Shown here in pieces: positions 18,554 through 27,848 of a stretch of 64,000 bases of DNA (position 1 is the first letter of the stretch; each line of letters opens with the position of its first letter). The notes under the pieces were generated by a model. It did no database searches, had not been told where the DNA came from, and worked only from the letters and a program-made list of their open reading frames with translations. The position numbers and the translations under genes are program-made. Source of the stretch: a virus; IMG/VR virus record IMGVR_UViG_3300045988_144650. One strand, written 5' to 3'.

Positions 18554-19090
18554 TTATCCGAAGAAGTATCGCTGCGGGACGCTTTCTTCTCCGTTATTTT
18601 CTTGAGTAGACCAAGCAGAACCGCATTTTCTACAGCTATAAAGCCGCTCCGTAAAACCGGAAAGCGACTCGTCAGATCCAATCACACATTCGCACATGAT
18701 TGGAAAACCACATTCGGGGCACACCTTGTCCCTTGCCCAGTTCACAAGGAACATCATTTCTTCATGGACACCACCGTGGTAACCAAGAACAAAATCTGCA
18801 GTTGGATAAGCATCGGTATATTCGTCGAAGTCTTTTGTTCCGCTGTTGCAGTAGTACCACTCGCCCTGGAAGCAGTTGGGAAGCGCCTCGAAAAATTGAT
18901 CGTGATCTCCATTCACCTCTTCGTAAATCTGGAGAATTCTTTCCTTATCCACGACCTCAATTTCCCATGAACCGTTCCCATCGTTTGCCTGCTCGTTGAG
19001 GTAGATGATGTACGCCTGCCAATCACAGCCATGTATCTTTCCGGGAAGAAATACGGCATCTATACCGTCTTGAATTTCGATTTTTCTCAT
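18554..19090 (-). CDS. Hypothetical protein with a C-terminal zinc ribbon.
   Basis: CPECG...CRKCG Cys pairs. Confidence 0.4.
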   Translation of the reverse strand: MRKIEIQDGIDAVFLPGKIHGCDWQAYIIYLNEQANDGNGSWEIEVVDKERILQIYEEVNGDHDQFFEALPNCFQGEWYYCNSGTKDFDEYTDAYPTADFVLGYHGGVHEEMMFLVNWARDKVCPECGFPIMCECVIGSDESLSGFTERLYSCRKCGSAWSTQENNGEESVPQRYFFG

Positions 19091-19099
19091 ATTTCCTCC

Positions 19100-19321
19100 T
19101 TAGTGGCGGTATATATCCGACCATTCCGTTTTGCTCCAGTCGATTCTCTGACCACACTCTTTGCAGAACTTATCCGTATGAGTTGACCAATCGTCCTCGC
19201 CATTGCCAGTAATAATAAAACCACCAACCTCGGCGCCGCAAACTGGGCATCCAAAGTAATGGTGGTGAACCGCATTGCTTCCTGCATTGCATAAGACAGG
19301 AGACAAACCATTATTCGCCAT
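19100..19321 (-). CDS. Small zinc-ribbon protein.
   Basis: CPVCG...CKECG Cys pairs. Confidence 0.35.
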   Translation of the reverse strand: MANNGLSPVLCNAGSNAVHHHYFGCPVCGAEVGGFIITGNGEDDWSTHTDKFCKECGQRIDWSKTEWSDIYRH

Positions 19322-19334
19322 GTCGCTTTACTCC

Positions 19335-19763
19335 TTATCTCAGGTTTTCAGGCTCCAAAGGCATGGTATCGCCAGAAGCAACGCAATCTACAATAAGATC
19401 TACAAACTCACTGTCCTCACAAAACTGGAGACGCGTAATCAGTTCTCTTGCATGAGCTGCAAGAAACTGCTTTTCCTGGATTGTCATATTGCTTTCACTC
19501 CTTTGATTCGTATTTCTTAAATGATGGTAATAAGCTACATGACCACAGTCAGGACAGACAATCTGATATACCCCAAGTTCCTTAACCTTTGGAAAGTACA
19601 GTGTGTATCCACACGGACAGAAGACTGCATCATACCCATCTTTTACAAGTATGGAATGCTCCATTACAATGTCCTCAACATCTACTCTGTATTCTCTAAT
19701 GGAATCAACACCTCTGAACCATTTCAAAACCGGAATCTCTTCTTGGATTGGTTTAGGGAACAT
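19335..19763 (-). CDS. Hypothetical protein.
   Basis: 142-aa ORF with a CPDCG motif. Confidence 0.4.
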   Translation of the reverse strand: MFPKPIQEEIPVLKWFRGVDSIREYRVDVEDIVMEHSILVKDGYDAVFCPCGYTLYFPKVKELGVYQIVCPDCGHVAYYHHLRNTNQRSESNMTIQEKQFLAAHARELITRLQFCEDSEFVDLIVDCVASGDTMPLEPENLR

Positions 19764-20070
19764 CCGAACACCCCTTTACTGTTACAAGTTCTCTTGTGTT
19801 ATCCAGCCATACCCCGCCATTGAAAAACGATGGACGATAAACTTCCATACCTTCTTCTATTTTCAAGAACACATCTGGGTTTTTCTTGAAGTAGTCAATC
19901 GCAGCCTCTTCGTTTGGAAAGTCCATAGGGAATTCATAGTAAAAGAATCTCTGATTGGTGGCAAACCAACTGTCCGAGTCTGGACAGAAAGCTAAGATGT
20001 ATGTTGGAAACTCTGTGTTAAATGTAATACCATCTATATTTGGGAGGGGCTCATAGACCGCATTCTTCAT
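19753..20070 (-). CDS. Hypothetical protein.
   Basis: 105-aa ORF. Confidence 0.35.
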   Translation of the reverse strand: MKNAVYEPLPNIDGITFNTEFPTYILAFCPDSDSWFATNQRFFYYEFPMDFPNEEAAIDYFKKNPDVFLKIEEGMEVYRPSFFNGGVWLDNTRELVTVKGCSDVP

Positions 20071-20074
20071 AAAA

Positions 20075-20416
20075 TCACACTTTCATATTCGGTACAACCA
20101 TCGGCTCGGGAGGAATCCATGCCCAAACCGTATAGCCGAGGTTGTCGCTATTGTCAATTTCATCAGAGTATGCTTCAGCCATAATGCCGCCCCACATTCT
20201 TTGCGAACATTGAAAAACTTCACCACTATCGAATACGGGGACTCCATAATCGCCGTCCTGATGATAGCTGCCAGTAAACTTATACCCGTTGTTCCTCAGC
20301 TCTTTTGCAATAACTGACCTAACGGCTTTGATTTCCGCTTCTTTGTAAGTCCCACCGAGAGGGAACATTTCTCTATATCTGGGATCATCCCATTCAGTCC
20401 ACCCAACAATCTTCAT
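20075..20416 (-). CDS. Hypothetical protein.
   Basis: 113-aa ORF. Confidence 0.4.
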   Translation of the reverse strand: MKIVGWTEWDDPRYREMFPLGGTYKEAEIKAVRSVIAKELRNNGYKFTGSYHQDGDYGVPVFDSGEVFQCSQRMWGGIMAEAYSDEIDNSDNLGYTVWAWIPPEPMVVPNMKV

Positions 20417-20453
20417 CAGGCACCTCCTTTATGCTATTGATTGCACAAATTTA

Positions 20454-20792
20454 TTAAAACTGGAGCCTTTGTGCATCACAGATGATCTTGTGAAACTCCT
20501 CTTCGGAGATCTCATATTCATCATTTTCAAAGTGTTCTTTGAATGCCCTGTTCAAACCGATGCAAATATCCTCTGCATACTTGGCAAACTCCGCATGAAT
20601 CATTGCCATCACCCTATCACCAAGGGCTCGATAGTCTATAGCCTCATGTACCTCATGCATATTTGGGTGAGCCCACACCGCATCAACATCGGCTCGGATA
20701 TTTGCCTGCTGCTCTTGTATGTCATACACTTTGGCTTCAACATCGTAAATAAGCCCTTGCAGGCGATCAAAATCTTCAGGCATTAGTACCAC
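20454..20792 (-). CDS. Hypothetical protein.
   Basis: 112-aa ORF. Confidence 0.4.
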   Translation of the reverse strand: MVLMPEDFDRLQGLIYDVEAKVYDIQEQQANIRADVDAVWAHPNMHEVHEAIDYRALGDRVMAMIHAEFAKYAEDICIGLNRAFKEHFENDEYEISEEEFHKIICDAQRLQF

Positions 20793-21337
20793 TCCCAGTA
20801 AAAGAGTGCTTCCTCCTCGTCGGGTTCGATTGCTTCAATTCGATCCTCGGGGAAAGCCTTGTTGAACGCCAGGAGCATTGCACCGGAAAGAATGTAGAAA
20901 CCTGTATTTTCTACATCTTCCTCAATGTGTTTGTGGAACCAATCCTGAATGTCGTATGCTTTGCGCCAGTATCGAATTTCTTCGGAGTCGCACACAAAGC
21001 GCTTTTCCACGCGCTCAACAGTGTATTTACGATCAATGTCTTCGCTCCTAATCTCTACCGTTTTGCGTGTCTTGCGATCAGTAATTGAAATACAGGAAGA
21101 GCACATCATACTGATGTAAGAATCATCAGACAGTTTATAATCCTTTCGGATTTTTTCCATGTCGTAATACTGGCTTCTGACTCGGAGCTCCTGAGTATAA
21201 GGTGCAAGCTGCCGATACATCGGTTCTTTCAGCTCGTCCTCATCCAAGATAACGCCGTTGATATCCACACGGTCATAAATTACGGAGTCGTCCATATGAG
21301 GTTTGGAGATCCGACGAATTTCCATATCCAGTCCCAT
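20783..21337 (-). CDS. Hypothetical protein.
   Basis: 184-aa ORF. Confidence 0.4.
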   Translation of the reverse strand: MGLDMEIRRISKPHMDDSVIYDRVDINGVILDEDELKEPMYRQLAPYTQELRVRSQYYDMEKIRKDYKLSDDSYISMMCSSCISITDRKTRKTVEIRSEDIDRKYTVERVEKRFVCDSEEIRYWRKAYDIQDWFHKHIEEDVENTGFYILSGAMLLAFNKAFPEDRIEAIEPDEEEALFYWEWY

Positions 21338-21912
21338 TAGTAATCCTCCCCTTCGTCCTCATCATCACCAATGAAAATCACATAGGCGAAATCGACTTTG
21401 CCATCAATACCGATATGGTAAATGCAGGGATAACCGCCATCACCATAACCGGAACTGGTAACCACTCCGTCAGCAAAGACGCCAGCATTGGCTTTTGACA
21501 GAGTGATATTGCACATCTCATCGTACCAGTCATCATCTTCGCCACCATTCCTTGCAACGAAATTGTTGTCATCATAGAAACCCGCCTGACCACTATCGAC
21601 GCCGGTTTCAAAATCTGCGATTTTCCAATCTGTTGAAAGCAGAGGAGACAGCCCATCTCCAGTATTGTTGATCGTATGTGTCGCCAGAGGAAGGGGACAA
21701 TCCTTGTGTTTTACTGCGAGAACCGCTACGCGGTCGCCCCACCCTCTTGTTGCCTCATTGTCAAGGATCAGAACTGCTGCCTCCCAGATACCAGGCTTGG
21801 TATCAAGAACGCCGCTGCACCAAACATCAGGCTTGTAGCAGGGATCGCTGACTCTCATTTTCCCTGCAATAGAAAAGTTGCCGAGCTGTGTCAATTCAGT
21901 TTTGTATTTCAT
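21337..21912 (-). CDS. Hypothetical protein with a Gly-rich GYGDGGY motif.
   Basis: The true start is probably MKYKTELTQ at 21912, preceded by GGAGGTG. The track start at 21987 would overlap the terminator hairpin. Confidence 0.4.
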   Translation of the reverse strand: MKYKTELTQLGNFSIAGKMRVSDPCYKPDVWCSGVLDTKPGIWEAAVLILDNEATRGWGDRVAVLAVKHKDCPLPLATHTINNTGDGLSPLLSTDWKIADFETGVDSGQAGFYDDNNFVARNGGEDDDWYDEMCNITLSKANAGVFADGVVTSSGYGDGGYPCIYHIGIDGKVDFAYVIFIGDDEDEGEDY

Positions 21913-21943
21913 CCTTACACCTCCGCATATGTAAAAAGTCGAG

Positions 21944-22000
21944 AGATAAAAAAGACCCGAACAGATCATGTAGTGAATGGAACTCATGTTGTTCGGGTCT
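21944..22000 (-). terminator. Rho-independent terminator (minus strand).
   Basis: AGACCCGAACA...TGTTCGGGTCT stem followed by TTTTTTAT on the minus strand. Confidence 0.45.
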
Positions 22001-22479
22001 TGATGTCGAATATTAAATTGTTTGTTCGGTTGCCTTGTTCAGAACGAAAGCTTTCTATGCCTTACAGCCAATTTGAGCTGACACGAGGTCAGGCATTAAG
22101 TTCAGAACTTACTAAGTAAAGTATAGGGAGAATCATTCCCAAATAATTTTCTTCATTTACAAACGACGCATGGCGAAACGCATCTCGTAAGCGGCAATTC
22201 TGGAACGAATTGTTGAACTGTCGGGCTGTGCATAGATCGCTTGGCGAATAACAGAAATTCTTGAATAACGGATGTTGCTCTTCCAGATAGAGCCTTGAAA
22301 AAGCAAGGCGGCTTTTACATCTATTTCAAGTAGATTTTTGTTATATGAAACGACCAAAGTCGGTGAGTATAGGTACTCGGTTCGCAGCGTTACACTTCAT
22401 CTGCGACTGAAGCGACTGATAAGTCAAAGTCCACTTTCGCCCTGAACAAGACAACCGAAGTTGTCTGTTCGATTATGCA

Positions 22480-23111
22480 TTAAGCAGCAGGAGTAAGAAA
22501 CTGCTCAATGGCATCCTCGAAGGAATCGTTGACGCTGTAATTGGGGTTGTAATCCACCGCCAGCTCAACCATTGCCTTATCAATGGCAGTAGACGCTTCG
22601 TCGGCGCACTGGATCAGCTTCTTGCTGATACCCTTGACCTTATTGCGGTCAAAGTCGATGGTAGTCACTTCCTTAACTTCGTAGGCATACTGAACCTGAT
22701 TGCCTTCGGCGTTAAACTTGTAGGCATATGCTCTGGTCATACGCTCGGAAGGCTTCATATTGCCCATACGAGACAGTGTGGCAGCCACACTCTGACGAAT
22801 ACGATTGTTGGCAACCTCAGCATCAATGTCAATGCTGCAGCCCTTCTTGGCTTCGCTGATCGCCTTGGTCAGCTTCTGCTTCTCGTCAATCAGATGCTGC
22901 AGGAAATCAACCATCTGATTTGCAGTGTAAGCCAAAGCTCTTTCTGCAGACAGATCAATGGTTTCGTTTTCCGCATCGGGGTTTGCCTTCTTACGCAGGT
23001 GCTCTTGCACCGTCTTTGTGGTGTACTGACCGCCGTTCAGATAACTGGTAGTGGCGGAGATTAGTTCGTTCAGATAATTCTGATATCGAAAAGCTTCTTT
23101 CAAATACATTC
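22480..23111 (-). CDS. Hypothetical protein.
   Basis: Likely start MYLKEAF at 23111 after GAGGAGG. The track N-terminal extension overlaps the next gene. Confidence 0.4.
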
Positions 23112-23113
23112 CT

Positions 23114-23431
23114 TTATTCCTCCTCTTTATTCTCGATAGGACGATTGAGTCTGATTTCGCTGAGCTTGTAGTATTCAACGAAATCAAATGCTGTGATGTT
23201 GTAAGGATCGCAATCATCGACCGGTTGGAAACCCAACAGGAAATCTCCGTCACCGAGCGGGATACAATCCTTGATAATGCCGACATTGGCGTGTGTGTCT
23301 TCAAAAATGCTCTCGTCCATAAAGCATTCTTTTTGTTCATAGGGTGTAAATACACGCCGGTAAATCCAGTAGCGGAATATCTCACCCTCATGTGCCTTGA
23401 TGAAAGCGCGGAAGTCTGTGTATGTATCCAT
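23114..23431 (-). CDS. Hypothetical protein.
   Basis: 105-aa ORF. Confidence 0.4.
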   Translation of the reverse strand: MDTYTDFRAFIKAHEGEIFRYWIYRRVFTPYEQKECFMDESIFEDTHANVGIIKDCIPLGDGDFLLGFQPVDDCDPYNITAFDFVEYYKLSEIRLNRPIENKEEE

Positions 23432-23445
23432 TCAAAGCCCTCCAA

Positions 23446-23781
23446 TTAGAAATTAACGCAGTCACGAATAATGTGTTCGGCATGAAGCTCGTCTTCATCT
23501 ACCACAGAGATCCATGTCTGCCAGTTATATTTGCCTGTAACATCTCCGGTGATATCATACACACGACCATCAATCTGACAGCCAAAGTGGTTTTCAACCT
23601 GGTCATACATAATTTCTACATCTTCATGCCAAGCGTCAATATCATAGAATCGCTCCTGAAGAATATATGCAAACCAGAAACAACAGCCGCAGGTAAAAGT
23701 ATCAATGGTTCCTTGGTTCTTACCGCCCTGCGTAAAACGGTTAATGAACCCCATTACCTTATCGTGCCTGTTCATCAGCAA
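23446..23781 (-). CDS. Hypothetical protein.
   Basis: 111-aa ORF. Confidence 0.4.
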   Translation of the reverse strand: MLMNRHDKVMGFINRFTQGGKNQGTIDTFTCGCCFWFAYILQERFYDIDAWHEDVEIMYDQVENHFGCQIDGRVYDITGDVTGKYNWQTWISVVDEDELHAEHIIRDCVNF

Positions 23782-24242
23782 TGATAATCAACAACGCCGC
23801 CAATGAAATAGGTCTCTCCATCCTTTACCAGACGCATGAAGTTGTCCAGAGTATCGAGGAAACCATCATCGCAATAGACATAGAAACCATAGCGGTCACT
23901 ATAGGCTTCCCTCAGGTTGAAGAGAACCGAATCAACGGAGTGGCTGGAAACAAAATCTTCAAAGGTGGTTTCCGAAAGTTTTTCTGCCGCTTTGATAAAA
24001 GCTTCATGCTTTTCTTTGAAGTATCTGCGAACATCAGAGGAGAAAGTCAGCTTGTCACCATCGACTGTGGCAATATCGCCAAGCGCAGCAGTCATCAGCC
24101 AATCAATGTCGTCTTCACGACTACAATCATCGCTGGTGTAATCCGCAACCGAATTGGTAAACCACTCAGGGATACAATCGCTGTCAATGCGTTCTTCCTC
24201 GGGAACGACCTCTTTTTCGATCTGAAAAATTCTGCTATGCAA
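23775..24242 (-). CDS. Hypothetical acidic protein.
   Basis: 155-aa ORF. Confidence 0.4.
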   Translation of the reverse strand: MHSRIFQIEKEVVPEEERIDSDCIPEWFTNSVADYTSDDCSREDDIDWLMTAALGDIATVDGDKLTFSSDVRRYFKEKHEAFIKAAEKLSETTFEDFVSSHSVDSVLFNLREAYSDRYGFYVYCDDGFLDTLDNFMRLVKDGETYFIGGVVDYHC

Positions 24243-24244
24243 TC

Positions 24245-25183
24245 TTACTCCTCCTTTGCCTTTAAGAATTGGAACATCTCCGTGATGTTGTTGGTGACGG
24301 GGAAACGCTCTGTGCTACAAGAGTTTCTTGCAAATTGGCCGGAAACTGCATCCACATACATAGAAGCAGAACTCAACTCGCCCTCTCTGCCATCGTCTCC
24401 CATATAGAAAATCTTCCACTCTTCTTCAGACATCAGTCGCTTGACATCAAGCTGAGAAATCGCCAGATTGTCAAAACTTATGGTCTTGAACCAACCGTTT
24501 TTGATAATCTGCGGAAGATATTCATACATATCATGCATTTTGTTGTCGACGATCTGACCAACCTTCATATGGTGGTCAGCGCCGCGTCGGAAATCCTTAT
24601 ATCCAAGGATCAGGATCTTCAGCTCACGGTTGCGTTCCGAAAGCCAAGACACCTGTTCCATACTAACAATGCCGTTGATGATGTGAATAACAGCATTGGG
24701 AAACTTGGAAACTTCATCCGCAAAACGGTAAGTGCTTTCGCGATCTCCGCCGGTATAAGAAATTCCCAAGCCATAAATAAACCCTTGCTCCATCAGTTCG
24801 AGAAGCAAGGGAATGTTTTTCAGAAAATGAACTTCGTTGACCGTCACATTTGCTATCAGCTTGCGCTTCTTCAGCAAATGCAGAAACGGGATAAAATCTG
24901 GGTGCGAGAGCGGGTTGCCGCCGCCAATCGCCAGTTCCGTAAACTCGTGGAGAGAGTCAAGAAACGGCAGGTTGAGGATATCACCGTGCTTGCCATCCGG
25001 CCTGGAATCCTCATGGCACATAGGACAACCCTTATCGCAAGCGTTGGTGATTTTGATATCCATCGACTCAGGGAACTCGGCATCAAAGAAGTCCAGATCG
25101 TTTTCTCGGATCTTGGTGCCGTCGGAGAGTATCGTCACGCTATAGTTTCCATTTTGATATTGACCCAAGATACTCATACACAA
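24245..25183 (-). CDS. Radical SAM enzyme, small, with no SPASM domain.
   Basis: CDKGCPMC is a Cx3Cx2C cluster. GGGNP glycine-rich SAM motif present. Confidence 0.7.
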   Translation of the reverse strand: MCMSILGQYQNGNYSVTILSDGTKIRENDLDFFDAEFPESMDIKITNACDKGCPMCHEDSRPDGKHGDILNLPFLDSLHEFTELAIGGGNPLSHPDFIPFLHLLKKRKLIANVTVNEVHFLKNIPLLLELMEQGFIYGLGISYTGGDRESTYRFADEVSKFPNAVIHIINGIVSMEQVSWLSERNRELKILILGYKDFRRGADHHMKVGQIVDNKMHDMYEYLPQIIKNGWFKTISFDNLAISQLDVKRLMSEEEWKIFYMGDDGREGELSSASMYVDAVSGQFARNSCSTERFPVTNNITEMFQFLKAKEE

Positions 25184-25189
25184 CCTCCC

Positions 25190-25486
25190 TTAACCGTCTC
25201 TTCCGTAGGTGCCAAAGGCAACCATCTTATCACCACTCGGCGTAGTAAAGCGATGGGAATAAACATCAAGTGAGTACCATCTGTTATCGCCGAGATTTTC
25301 GTAGGTGCAATACTGACCGTCTTCACCCTCAGTGAGGATAGAGGATTTCGGAACCAGCTTTTCGCCCCAACTGTCATACATCAGCTCACCGCGCTTAAAC
25401 TTCTCATACTCGTCTTCGGTGCAAATGGTAATGCTATGAGTGGAGCTGCTGTTCGTTTCGAACACGCTGCGTCGAACTTGCTTCAT
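25190..25486 (-). CDS. Member 2 of the conserved-N-terminus paralog family (MKQVRRSVFETNSSSTHS).
   Basis: Shares the 18-aa N-terminus with the other two paralogs. It lies 7 bp upstream of the radical SAM gene and 6 bp downstream of RtcB. Confidence 0.5.
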   Translation of the reverse strand: MKQVRRSVFETNSSSTHSITICTEDEYEKFKRGELMYDSWGEKLVPKSSILTEGEDGQYCTYENLGDNRWYSLDVYSHRFTTPSGDKMVAFGTYGRDG

Positions 25487-25491
25487 TTTCT

Positions 25492-26700
25492 CTACCTCTC
25501 TTCTTCGCCGGCTTTGAAATTATAGATCGGCTTAATAACCGAAATAATCTTTGCCGTCGGCTCAATATTGTCGACAATGTCTTCCATATTCTTGTATGCC
25601 ATAGGGCACTCATCAAGAGTGCTTTGACCTACAGATGTCGTATAAATTCCACTCATCTGCTTTTTGAACTCAGAAACTGTAAATGTCTGCTTTGCCGCAC
25701 TTCTGCTCATCAATCGACCTGCTCCATGAGGTGCAGAATAGTTCCAATCTTCATTACCCTTACCAATACAGATTAGACTTCCATCTCTCATGTTGATCGG
25801 GATCAGAAGTTTTTCTTCGTTCTGTGCAGAAACAGCTCCCTTTCGCAGAATCATATTATCCAAATCAATATAGTTATGAATTGTTGTAAATTGTTCAACA
25901 ACATGGAACCCCATGTTCTTTACAATAATATCCATCATAGCTTGCCTATTTAATTCGGCAAACTGCTGTGCAATTTGCATATCGTGCAAATATTGCTCGA
26001 ACAACTCACCCTCTACATAGGCTAATGCTTTAGGGATGGATGACTGCTTAGTCTTCATCTGTTTCAAAACGGTTTGAATTTCCTTTTGGCGACCGTCTTT
26101 TTTTAATCTCTGGACAACCTCATCAATTTCATCTTTACTGTATGAGGTTAATGATTTATAAGCAGCATCCTGATAATAATTAGCTATTTCCAACCCAAGA
26201 TGTCTGCTTCCAGAATGGACGACAATATAAATATTTCCATCATCGTCTTTATTTGCTTCAATAAAATGATTACCACCACCGAGTGTTCCGATGCTGTTAT
26301 AGGCGCGATCGGTATTAACTTTGTCTGCACAAAACAGTTTTGACAAATCGATACGATCAGAAAACTTATGTGGTCTCTTATGAATTTCAAACCCAGATGG
26401 AATACTTGATCGAATTACCTTGTCCAACTTTTGTGGTTCAATATGTGTCTCTTTCAGCCGGATGGTTTCCATTCCGCATCCAATATCAACCCCTACAAGA
26501 TTGGGGCATATCTTGTCCTTGATAGTCATTGTGGTTCCAATTGTACACCCTGCACCAGCATGAATGTCGGGCATCATTCGAACTCTGCTTCCCTCCATAT
26601 AGGGTTGATTCAGCAAATTTATCACCTGAGAGATAGATTCGTTGTCGACCACATCAGTAAATACTTTTGCAATGCCGTATTTTCCGCTCAACTCAAACAT
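25492..26700 (-). CDS. rtcB: RtcB-family RNA ligase (3'-phosphate/5'-OH).
   Basis: DIHAGAGCTIG, GGGNHF and HGAGR motifs. Confidence 0.85.
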   Translation of the reverse strand: MFELSGKYGIAKVFTDVVDNESISQVINLLNQPYMEGSRVRMMPDIHAGAGCTIGTTMTIKDKICPNLVGVDIGCGMETIRLKETHIEPQKLDKVIRSSIPSGFEIHKRPHKFSDRIDLSKLFCADKVNTDRAYNSIGTLGGGNHFIEANKDDDGNIYIVVHSGSRHLGLEIANYYQDAAYKSLTSYSKDEIDEVVQRLKKDGRQKEIQTVLKQMKTKQSSIPKALAYVEGELFEQYLHDMQIAQQFAELNRQAMMDIIVKNMGFHVVEQFTTIHNYIDLDNMILRKGAVSAQNEEKLLIPINMRDGSLICIGKGNEDWNYSAPHGAGRLMSRSAAKQTFTVSEFKKQMSGIYTTSVGQSTLDECPMAYKNMEDIVDNIEPTAKIISVIKPIYNFKAGEEER

Positions 26701-26852
26701 TATTGTGAATCGCCCCTCTTTCTGTAAGAATCTTTTTGCCTATTGCGATCATATGCCTTTTTATTCGGGACTGACTGTGTTACAGGGCGAGCGCAAGTCC
26801 AGAAGTTCCGAAACTTTTTAGCATACTCTTTCTTCTGATTTTTCTCAGTCAT
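26697..26852 (-). CDS. Small basic protein (about 51 aa), not in the ORF track.
   Basis: ATG after GGAGG reads MTEKNQKKEYAKKFRNFW... and its stop overlaps the RtcB start. Confidence 0.3.
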
Positions 26853-26867
26853 GTGCTCGCCTCCATT

Positions 26868-27380
26868 TTAATTTCCTTTGTAATACTCTTCGTGAGGATA
26901 AAGTGCATGGATATCTACATCCATATCACTATTATCGTTTCCGGTGAGTACAAAACTGTCTTCAGAGAAGAGATATCGCAAAAGGCGCCCCTTGTTACTT
27001 GTGGTCTTGTCCACAAACCTTTGGTGGTCATCTTCGCCGCAGTGGTCTACGCTTGCATTCACCACATAAGAACTGCTTCCGTATTTGTGGTACACCGCTT
27101 CGTCGAACTCGCACTCGACACCAATACTATCAAGCGTTTCCATAATAAACGCCATGACATCTTGTGCTTTTTCTCTGCTGTAAAGACTCAGAAAACTGGC
27201 GTAAAGATATGCTGCCTTTTCTTCAGGGGTGTCAAGTCGATCAAAACCCCAACCAAAATCTTCACAACGGAAGACGAGTTTGTCAGGGTAAGAAAGTTCT
27301 GTGTTGCGATTAGTTGCAATACAGATACTGTGGGTACTGCTGGAGTTTGTTTCAAAAACACCGCGCCGTTCCTGTCTCAT
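26868..27380 (-). CDS. Member 3 of the conserved-N-terminus paralog family (MRQERRGVFETNSSSTHS).
   Basis: The likely start is the internal ATG preceded by AGGAGA, which makes the conserved motif the exact N-terminus. Confidence 0.5.
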   Translation of the reverse strand: MRQERRGVFETNSSSTHSICIATNRNTELSYPDKLVFRCEDFGWGFDRLDTPEEKAAYLYASFLSLYSREKAQDVMAFIMETLDSIGVECEFDEAVYHKYGSSSYVVNASVDHCGEDDHQRFVDKTTSNKGRLLRYLFSEDSFVLTGNDNSDMDVDIHALYPHEEYYKGN

Positions 27381-27453
27381 CGGGTTTCTCCTCTCGTTCG
27401 TATTTGAAAAGAATTCGTAATCCATTATAGATCTCTTTAGTGTTGAAGAGAGA

Positions 27454-27609
27454 TTATAATGCAGAAGAACACACGAAGTGATCTCCGCACGATCCTTTAG
27501 GATCGAAGCAGATCACGAGTGTGAAAAGTAACAAAACCTTACTTCGATTTACAATACGAAGCGACTGCCTCTATGTATGATTGTGTATGGCAGACCATGT
27601 GCATTATAA
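27454..27609 (-). ncRNA. Family-1 structured element, short copy D.
   Basis: Terminal inverted repeats TTATAATGCA and TGCATTATAA flank SL1 (CTGCC/GGCAG) and the conserved SL2 CTTCG-ATTTACAATA-CGAAG. Confidence 0.4.
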
Positions 27610-27707
27610 ATTCTTTTCGGTTGTTTATCGTTCGCAACCTGAATAAAGTGCTTTTGGATCTATAGAGATAAATTCCTGGAAAACCCCGTTTTCCTGGAAT
27701 TTAGCGC

Positions 27708-27815
27708 TATTGATACAAAACATCTTTATTTACAACGGGGTATGGGGTTTACCCCAGATAAGCTTCTCAAACCTTTACTTCGATTTACAATACGAAGCCA
27801 CCCTATGTATCAAAG
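27708..27815 (-). ncRNA. Family-1 structured element, short copy E.
   Basis: a1-like CTTTGATAC and a2-like GTATCAA with the conserved SL2 CTTCG-ATTTACAATA-CGAAG. Confidence 0.35.
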
Positions 27816-27848
27816 AAATGGGTAAATGTTCGTTGCAAACGCAAAATA

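Noticed and set aside
22480-23445. Track ORF of 321 aa.
   Set aside because: The N-terminal 112 aa are low complexity and overlap the upstream gene 23114-23431. An internal start at 23111 with GAGGAGG gives a tidy 210-aa gene.
27542-27561. Idea that the SL2 hairpin loop (UAUUGUAAAU) mimics the tRNA-Thr anticodon loop (UUUGUAA), as a decoy for an anticodon nuclease.
   Set aside because: The similarity is a short AU-rich match that could arise by chance. The stem and loop sizes (10-nt loop) do not resemble an anticodon stem-loop.
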